A stretch of DNA of 38,495 nucleotides from a virus, in IMG/VR virus record IMGVR_UViG_3300026549_000015. One strand, written 5' to 3'. This document shows positions 32,899 to 38,495 of the stretch, piece by piece. The notes below the pieces were generated by a model, which did not search any database, was not told where the DNA came from, and worked only from the letters and a program-made list of their open reading frames with translations. Position numbers and translations under genes: made by a program. Every line of letters starts with the position of its first letter. The stretch's first letter is position 1.

Positions 32899-35152
32899 TA
32901 TTCAGGATTTATTGAAATTTATCAACCCGGCGGCCTGTTCCTACCAGGAGTGGACGAATGTTGGAATGGCGCTGAAACTGGAAGGCTATCCGGTGTCTGT
33001 CTGGGACGAGTGGTCCCAGGCAGATAGCCGGCGGTACCATGCGGGAGAGTGTGTGAAAAAATGGAAATCCTTTAACGGCGCAGCCTCACCTGTTACTGGA
33101 GGGACGATTTACCAGATGGCCGTCGAAGGCGGTTACAAGCCTGCAGCAGGCGGCCACGAGCTGGATTGGGATGATGAAATCGTACGGGATGACAAGGCTA
33201 TTATAGACCCGGCATGGGTCGAAAGCCGTGAGATTGAAGCACCCAGGCACTGGGACCCGGTCGAACAGATCGTCACATATCTCAACACCCTTTTTGAGCC
33301 GGGCGAAAACGTCGGCTATGTCATGCAGTCATGGAAAAACGAAAAAGGGAAGCATATCCCGCAGAACAAGGGGTCATATGACCGGACTGCAGGCGAGCTG
33401 GTTGAAGCGCTGGAAAAGTGCGGCGGTGACATTGGCAGCGTCCTTGGAGACTATGACCCTGAAGGGGGCGCGTGGATCCGCTTCAACCCGTTGGACGGGC
33501 ATGGCGTCAGGAATGAGAATGTGACCGAATACCGCTATGCACTCGTGGAGTCCGATGACATGGAAATCGACAAGCAGAACGCAATTATGCGGGAGTTACA
33601 GCTTCCAATCGCTGCGCTTGTCTACTCAGGCGGGAAAAGCCTCCATGCCATTGTAAAGGTCGATGCGCCTGATTACGCGGAATATCGGAAGCGTGTTGAT
33701 TATCTGTATGACATATGCCGGAAAAACGGCATGACCATCGATACACAAAACCGAAACCCGTCCAGATTGTCACGCCTTCCGGGCGTGACGCGTGGGGATA
33801 GGAAGCAGTTTATCATTGATACAAACATCGGGAAAACGTCATGGGCAGAATGGAAAGACTGGACCGACTCCGCCAATGACAACCTGCCAGACATCGAAGG
33901 CCTGGCAGGCGTCTGGGACGACATCCCGGATCTTGCCCCGTGCCTGATCGACGGCGTGCTGCGCAAAGGGCACAAAATGCTGATTTCAGGCCCTAGCAAG
34001 GCGGGAAAAAGCTTCCTGCAGATCGAGCTTGCCATTGCCATTGCAGAGGGCAAGAAATGGCTGCAGTGGGACTGTGCGCGCGGACGCGTGATGTACGTCA
34101 ACCTGGAGCTGGACAGGGCGAGCTGCTTGCACCGATTCAAGGACGTCTATACAGCGCTTGGCATGAAGCCGGAGCACCTGGACAACATTGACATCTGGAA
34201 CCTCCGTGGGCAGTCCGCGCCGATGGACAAGCTTGCCCCGCGTCTGATTCACAGGGCGAAGGAAAAGGGTTATTCCGCGGTGATCATCGACCCGATTTAC
34301 AAGGTTATCACAGGGGACGAAAACAGCGCTTCGGAAATGGCAAAGTTCTGTAACCAGTTCGACAAGATCACGAAGGAGCTCGAGTGTTCTGTGATTTACT
34401 GCCACCACCATAGCAAGGGCATCCAAGGCGGGAAACGTGCAATGGACCGCGCGTCCGGTTCCGGCGTATTTGCAAGAGATCCGGATGCGCTGCTGGACAT
34501 GATCGAGCTGCCAATCCCGGAAGCCTTACAGAAACAGCAGGCAGACCGTGCGGCGTGTGATGCGATCATGTATTACTTGGAACACTGTGCATTGACAACT
34601 TGGGATTGGAAAGAAGAAATCGGACCGGATGACCGAATGTCGCTGTCGACACTGACCGATAAGTGTAAAGCACATCTGCTGCCGGTAGATCAGTCACGGA
34701 TCCGAGAGCTGATCGAAAAGAGTAAAAAAGTCACTTCGCAAAAAACGGCGTGGAGAATCGACGGAATCCTTCGTGAATTTCCAAAGTTCGATCCGGTAAA
34801 TATATGGTTCAACTATCCAATACATGAAGTTGATGAAGACGGTCTTCTCGCAGATATTAATCCGGAAGAAGAGAAAACGCCATATCAAAGGATGTTGGAG
34901 GCAAAAAAGAAGCAGTCAGAAAAAGATAATGCTGAGAAAATCTCGCAGTTCGCGATCGCTTTTGATGGCCTTGTGGATGAATCCGGGTGTGTCCGGTTAA
35001 AGGATATCGCCGAAGAAATTGGAGTCAGTCAGAAGACGATTGGGGCATGGCTCGGAGCCGGAAAGAGAGGAAAAACAGAATTGAAAAAAGAGTTTGTTTC
35101 TTTCACAAACGAGGATAAAGATCATGCACGCTATGTAAAACGCAAAGAATAA
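32891..35152 (+). CDS. DNA primase-helicase: PriCT_2-like N-terminus, AEP primase core, RecA/DnaB-like (AAA_25) ATPase, C-terminal HTH
   Basis: 'YQEWTNVGMALKLEGYPVSVWDEWSQ' (PriCT_2-like). 'YALVESDD...YSGGKSLHAIVKV...IDTQNRNPSRLSRLPG' (AEP motifs). 'ISGPSKAGKSFLQIELAIAIA...YVNLELD' (Walker A). 'LKDIAEEIGVSQKTIGAWL' (HTH). Confidence 0.85.
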   Translation: MDNIQDLLKFINPAACSYQEWTNVGMALKLEGYPVSVWDEWSQADSRRYHAGECVKKWKSFNGAASPVTGGTIYQMAVEGGYKPAAGGHELDWDDEIVRDDKAIIDPAWVESREIEAPRHWDPVEQIVTYLNTLFEPGENVGYVMQSWKNEKGKHIPQNKGSYDRTAGELVEALEKCGGDIGSVLGDYDPEGGAWIRFNPLDGHGVRNENVTEYRYALVESDDMEIDKQNAIMRELQLPIAALVYSGGKSLHAIVKVDAPDYAEYRKRVDYLYDICRKNGMTIDTQNRNPSRLSRLPGVTRGDRKQFIIDTNIGKTSWAEWKDWTDSANDNLPDIEGLAGVWDDIPDLAPCLIDGVLRKGHKMLISGPSKAGKSFLQIELAIAIAEGKKWLQWDCARGRVMYVNLELDRASCLHRFKDVYTALGMKPEHLDNIDIWNLRGQSAPMDKLAPRLIHRAKEKGYSAVIIDPIYKVITGDENSASEMAKFCNQFDKITKELECSVIYCHHHSKGIQGGKRAMDRASGSGVFARDPDALLDMIELPIPEALQKQQADRAACDAIMYYLEHCALTTWDWKEEIGPDDRMSLSTLTDKCKAHLLPVDQSRIRELIEKSKKVTSQKTAWRIDGILREFPKFDPVNIWFNYPIHEVDEDGLLADINPEEEKTPYQRMLEAKKKQSEKDNAEKISQFAIAFDGLVDESGCVRLKDIAEEIGVSQKTIGAWLGAGKRGKTELKKEFVSFTNEDKDHARYVKRKE

Positions 35153-35400
35153 AATAGTATGCGACAATCGTTACAGACACGTTTCGCGCACAGTGCGACA
35201 ATCGTTACAGACACGTTTCGCGCACAGTGCGCACACAACGATGGTCGCATAGTCGCACGGGGAGTGCGACCATATATATAAATATATATAGTCGCATACG
35301 CGCACACGCACCTGTGTATGGTGGGCGGTAAGGGGCACCGCCCCACCGCACCTACACAGGTACGAAGCGTAAGGCCAAATTTTTTTGAAGGAGAAAGAAA
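35153..35400. other. Putative origin of replication: iterons, AT-rich unwinding tract and a long imperfect hairpin
   Basis: Contains a 2 x 34-bp tandem repeat and six TGCGAC/GTCGCA hexamers. The tract catatatataaatatatata (35271-35290) is flanked by inverted tgcgac/gtcgca. An imperfect hairpin spans about 35309-35361. Confidence 0.6.
35161..35228 (+). repeat. Perfect tandem repeat, 2 x 34 bp (gcgacaatcgttacagacacgtttcgcgcacagt)
   Basis: Read directly: 35161-35194 equals 35195-35228. Confidence 0.95.
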
Positions 35401-35790
35401 ATGAATTTTTTTATGCCGATGATTCCTCCGACAATTACCCAGCAGGAACACAAAGTGACAATCCGGAACGGCAGGCCGATTTTCTATGAACCGGCGGAGC
35501 TGAAGGCGGCTCGGAGGAAACTGCTGGACAGCGTGGCAAGATTTGCACCGGAAAAAGAGCTGACTGGTCCAATCAGACTGACAACGAAATGGATCTGGCC
35601 ATCCGGCAGTGAAGATTTCCATTGGAAAACAACAAAGCCGGATACAGATAACCTGATCAAAATGCTTAAGGACTGTATGACACGCGCTGGCTTCTGGCAT
35701 GACGATGCGCAGGTGGCTTCCGAAATTACAGAAAAGGCAGAAGGACCGCATCCTGGCATTTATGTGGAAATAGAGGAACTTACACTGTGA
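35401..35790 (+). CDS. rusA: RusA-family Holliday junction resolvase
   Basis: 'KPDTDNLIKMLKDCMTRAGFWHDDAQV' matches the RusA catalytic Asp motifs. 129 aa. Confidence 0.8.
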   Translation: MNFFMPMIPPTITQQEHKVTIRNGRPIFYEPAELKAARRKLLDSVARFAPEKELTGPIRLTTKWIWPSGSEDFHWKTTKPDTDNLIKMLKDCMTRAGFWHDDAQVASEITEKAEGPHPGIYVEIEELTL

Positions 35791-35987
35791 AGAGGGTATA
35801 CGAAGCGATCTGTGATGTGTGGCATCTATACAGGGATCACAGAGATCCTGCTGAAACCTGGTCGGAAGTCATTGATGCGGCAGATAAAATACTGGAAAAG
35901 TATGATGGGACACCGGTTTATCAGCTGGCATGCGAATTGACCTATGCAATCATAAACTATTTAGAACATGAGAATATCGTCATTTGA
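35787..35987 (+). CDS. Hypothetical protein (66 aa)
   Basis: GTG start overlaps the rusA stop. No family recognised. Confidence 0.45.
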   Translation: MKRVYEAICDVWHLYRDHRDPAETWSEVIDAADKILEKYDGTPVYQLACELTYAIINYLEHENIVI

Positions 35988-36142
35988 CGTTATTTTATCG
36001 TAGCAGTCAGTAACTATAAACTAAGCAATTATATAGTGTGTCGTTATTTATTTGTTGTTATTTACAGAATTTCGGCGGTTGGCTACGAGCCGCTGGAAAT
36101 AAAAGGAGGAGCAGGATTGAGTTTTGACAAGGAGGACGTAAA

Positions 36143-36490
36143 ATGAGTGGAGGACACTGGGATTACATGAATGATATGCTTATGAATGAGATATTCGGAT
36201 GGAACTCAGATGGTAAGCATGTCCCTGATTTACTTGATGATCGCATAATGTCTAATATCACGTATGACATTTTCAAAATACTACATGAGTACGATTGGTA
36301 TGTCAGCGGGGACACAGGAGAGGAGGATTACAGAGCCTCAGTAAAAGCGTTTAAAGCAAAGTGGCTCAAAAATCCGGAAAGGACATATAAGTCGATAATT
36401 GACAATGAAATTGAAAATACAAGAAAAGATTTATACATGGCTCTTGGGCTTGAGGAAAAGGAAGACGCAGATGATCGCAGCAGTGACTGA
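36143..36490 (+). CDS. Hypothetical protein (115 aa)
   Basis: The ATG follows AAGGAGGA. No family recognised. Confidence 0.55.
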   Translation: MSGGHWDYMNDMLMNEIFGWNSDGKHVPDLLDDRIMSNITYDIFKILHEYDWYVSGDTGEEDYRASVKAFKAKWLKNPERTYKSIIDNEIENTRKDLYMALGLEEKEDADDRSSD

Positions 36491-36491
36491 A

Positions 36492-36722
36492 ATGAAGGAG
36501 ATGCCAGGAAGGTGCATCGACTGTGAGTTATACAAGAAGTATCAGTGCATGGCTATGCACACCAGCATATTCTGTCCGTATGTCAGGCCGGTGACATGCC
36601 CGCTGATCAGCGTGCCGGAGAAGCGGTGTCTGTATGATACGTGGCAAACCCGGATGAAGTGCAGTGAGTGCGACTATCATGGCACAGATGGCTGCGCGCT
36701 CGGATATAAGGGAGATATGTGA
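36492..36722 (+). CDS. Cys-rich small protein (putative zinc-binding)
   Basis: 'CIDCELYKKYQC...CPYVRPVTCP...CSECDYHGTDGC'. An alternative start lies at 36471. Confidence 0.5.
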   Translation: MKEMPGRCIDCELYKKYQCMAMHTSIFCPYVRPVTCPLISVPEKRCLYDTWQTRMKCSECDYHGTDGCALGYKGDM

Positions 36723-37345
36723 TGAATGATAGAATGCAGAGTATTGTCCAGATGCGCCAGAGCGGTGCTTCGTATTCGATGATTAAATCGGAGTTCGGTA
36801 TATCTGACTCTACTATTGTTTATTCGCTTAAAAAGGCCGGCTTAAGCAGGAAGCGCAAAGCCATTACGGACGATATCAAAAAGCAGATCTTTAAGCTGCG
36901 TGACGAAGGATTGCCATTCTGGCAGATAGCTGAGCAGACAGGTGTGTCAGCCACGGGAGCTTATAAGGTTTATATTAAGCATATTGAACCGGAAGCTGCC
37001 AAGCTGAGACGTCAGGGAAAGTCCTATACGGAAATCGGACAGATCTTTGGTGTCAACAGCGCAACTGCAAGAAGGATGTGCTTAAGAGCCGGATCTTTAG
37101 GACCGGAAGAATCAGCAGAAGCAAAAGCGATTGAGAAACCGTCTGTGCGTATTGACATCAGGATCGGATCGCCTGTCAGAATCTATTCCGCAGACAGAGT
37201 CGGGAATGGTGAATGGAGAGAAGGCGTGGTCAGAGATCTGTATGATTGTTTTTTCATAGTTGACTATGGAAAGACAAGAGAGTGCTTCCTTTACTCTGAT
37301 CTGACTTGCCCTGATACAAGCTGGAGGTTTAGAGACAATGCATAG
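36719..37345 (+). CDS. DNA-binding protein with three tandem HTH repeats and an SH3/Tudor-like C-terminus
   Basis: Repeats are 'IVQMRQSGASYSMIKSEFGISDSTIVYSLKKAG', 'IFKLRDEGLPFWQIAEQTGVSATGAYKVY' and 'AAKLRRQGKSYTEIGQIFGVNSATARRMCLRAG'. Confidence 0.6.
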   Translation: MMNDRMQSIVQMRQSGASYSMIKSEFGISDSTIVYSLKKAGLSRKRKAITDDIKKQIFKLRDEGLPFWQIAEQTGVSATGAYKVYIKHIEPEAAKLRRQGKSYTEIGQIFGVNSATARRMCLRAGSLGPEESAEAKAIEKPSVRIDIRIGSPVRIYSADRVGNGEWREGVVRDLYDCFFIVDYGKTRECFLYSDLTCPDTSWRFRDNA

Positions 37346-37353
37346 GAGGAGGT

Positions 37354-37767
37354 ATGATGCGAGATTATTCACCGTCTGAATCGTCAGAATATTACCTGCC
37401 AAGAGAAGAATTCCTGACGGTTCTGCACTTTGCCAGAAGCTATCCTGAGTGGAAACAGACGCTTTCGATCAGACCCGGCGTGACAGCTATGCGGTATGAT
37501 GAAGACAAAGTGCAGACGTCACCGAAGTGTGATTCGCTGGAAAAGATTGCGATCAGACGGGTGGAGCTATCAAAGCGCTGTAAGCTGATTGAGGACACGG
37601 TGCATGATGTTGGTGATGATATTTATGATTATCTCCTTAATGGCGTTACCTGCGGCACACCGTGCTATCAGCTTATCCAGATGGGCATGCCATGCAGTGA
37701 AGCTACGTACTACAGACGGCGAAGAAGATTTTACTATGAGCTGTCTCATAAGATTTCGGTAAGTTGA
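37354..37767 (+). CDS. RinA/ArpU-like late transcriptional activator (sigma region-4-like C-terminal HTH)
   Basis: 'FARSYPEWKQTL...DKVQTS...IAIRRVEL...MPCSEATYYRRRRRFYYELSHKI'. It is the last gene before the packaging module. Confidence 0.5.
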   Translation: MMRDYSPSESSEYYLPREEFLTVLHFARSYPEWKQTLSIRPGVTAMRYDEDKVQTSPKCDSLEKIAIRRVELSKRCKLIEDTVHDVGDDIYDYLLNGVTCGTPCYQLIQMGMPCSEATYYRRRRRFYYELSHKISVS

Positions 37768-37953
37768 TCAATCAGGGGCAATGTCAAGGGGTTATACTGA
37801 TATCGTGGAATTATGATGAAAGACATCCAGCCGGCTGCTTTTTGGGTTAGTTTTTCTTGGTCGGTATCGGGTGGACCTCCTTTCTAAAACCTTCCGCAGG
37901 AGACTTTGGCTGATACGGGTTTCCATCCTGCGGACAGTAGCAAGGGAAACCTG

Positions 37954-37981
37954 GGCGCCAGTGAAATATCTGGCGCCTTTT
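37954..37981 (+). terminator. Rho-independent terminator inside the long non-coding region upstream of the late operon
   Basis: ggcgccag-tgaaatat-ctggcgcc gives an 8-bp GC-rich stem, followed by tttt. Confidence 0.7.
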
Positions 37982-38162
37982 AATTGCAGGAGATACAGAA
38001 GTGCTGAATATTTATGACAGGAGAACAAACAATGGATAAGAAGCGGCCGCAGGAAGGGAGTTTCTCGCAATCCTTTATGTAGATAAAAATATTAGAGAAT
38101 GACAAAAAGAAATATTTGAAAAAGGGTACAATTCTGAACTTGTCGGTCCTGTTTCTCATGAT

Positions 38163-38369
38163 TTGATTATCCGTTCCTTTATCGTGGATGGAAAAGAAAC
38201 CGAGAGCTATTGTCTGCGGCCGGAAGAAATGATCATGGTCAATACCAAATTTAATGATGAGATAAACTATATAGGGCTGGGAAAATATAAGACGGCCTAT
38301 GAAGCCAGAATAAAAAGATTGCAGGGCACAAGAGAAGATCTGGAAAATAAGAGGAGAAATAGCGTGTGA
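38163..38369 (+). CDS. Hypothetical small protein, start uncertain (TTG 38163, GTG 38184 or ATG 38229)
   Basis: This is the only + strand ORF between the terminator and the ParB-like gene. Its stop lies 11 nt before the ParB-like ATG in the circular map. The RBS is weak. Confidence 0.35.
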   Translation: MIIRSFIVDGKETESYCLRPEEMIMVNTKFNDEINYIGLGKYKTAYEARIKRLQGTREDLENKRRNSV

Positions 38370-38495
38370 AAATAATTTCAATGCCGATTGGAGAGATCCA
38401 TCCATACGGAAAAAATCCGAGAAAAAACGATGGTGCGGTTAATGCAGTCGCAGAAAGCATCCGGCAGTTCGGCTTTAATCAGCCGATTGTTGTTG
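38369..38495. repeat. Second copy of the terminal direct repeat, duplicating the first 115 nt of the ParB-like CDS from 38381
   Basis: Identical to 1-127. Confidence 0.9.

Larger units (their letters stand above)
1..38368. mobile_element. Complete temperate siphovirus-type phage genome (circular assembly): packaging, head, tail, lysis, lysogeny, replication and late-regulation modules
   Basis: The gene set includes terminase, portal, capsid, tail tube without a sheath, G/GT chaperone, tape measure, Dit/Tal, holin/endolysin, integrase and CI/Cro. The window ends repeat its start exactly. Confidence 0.9.

Noticed and set aside
35161-35228. Possible CRISPR array or mini-array
   Set aside because: There are only two directly adjacent 34-bp copies with no spacer between them, and no cas genes. 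The copies fit iterons better.
35131-35751. 206-aa - strand ORF spanning the origin-like region and rusA
   Set aside because: It runs through tandem repeats and an AT tract, lies antisense to a clear RusA gene, and encodes a Cys/Arg-rich nonsense-like protein.
37814-37888. 24-codon ORF (MMKDIQPAAFWVSFSWSVSGGPPF) as a possible leader peptide
   Set aside because: There is no convincing Shine-Dalgarno sequence upstream and the sequence alone gives no supporting evidence. It is noted only as a possibility within the structured-leader finding.
37768-37985. Assignment to a specific riboswitch class (c-di-GMP, preQ1, TPP, fluoride, ZTP)
   Set aside because: None of the class-defining conserved boxes I can recall is present. 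Only generic hairpin, pseudoknot and terminator features are visible.
37792-38405. - strand ORFs 37792-38070 (92 aa) and 37980-38405 (141 aa)
   Set aside because: Neither has an RBS, and their sequences look hydrophobic and low in information. One overlaps the + strand terminator and the other overlaps the + strand ORF and the terminal repeat. The region is treated as non-coding leader.

Overview
The window is one complete, circularly closed genome of a temperate phage with a long non-contractile tail. Bases 1-127 are identical to 38369-38495, which looks like an assembler overlap, so the unique length is 38368 bp. Gene order on the + strand: ParB-like/DUF4417 protein, small and large terminase, SPP1-type portal, MuF/gp7 head-morphogenesis protein, Prp-like protease, scaffold, major capsid, connector and neck proteins, tail tube, G/GT chaperone with a -1 frameshift site, tape measure, Dit, Tal, fibre and receptor-binding genes, holin and amidase endolysin. 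A non-coding attP-like region follows. The lysogeny module (tyrosine integrase and an S24/LexA-like CI repressor) is on the - strand. A divergent switch region with repeated operators leads to the + strand early genes: Cro-like, HTH and Xis-like proteins, SMC-like ATPase, AAA_24/Sak4-like ATPase, DUF669, SF2 helicase, AEP primase-helicase, an iteron/AT-rich origin-like region, RusA and small ORFs. The late-regulator genes come last. The L27-type 'NLQLFA' leaders suggest a Firmicutes/Clostridia-type host. Three items deserve most attention. (1) The MuF head protein carries an AT-rich C-terminal RadC/JAB-like 'HNHPxxxxPSxxD' domain, followed by a 55-aa acidic ORF missing from the ORF track and a small membrane protein. 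This may be a virion-delivered effector with a partner protein. (2) The phage encodes its own Prp-type cysteine protease, and scaffold, capsid (with the site tandemly duplicated) and, unusually, the tail tube all start with L27-like LQLFA leaders. (3) There are structured non-coding regions: an origin-like region and a leader with hairpins and a terminator ahead of the late operon. All functional calls come from motif recognition by eye; no database search was run.
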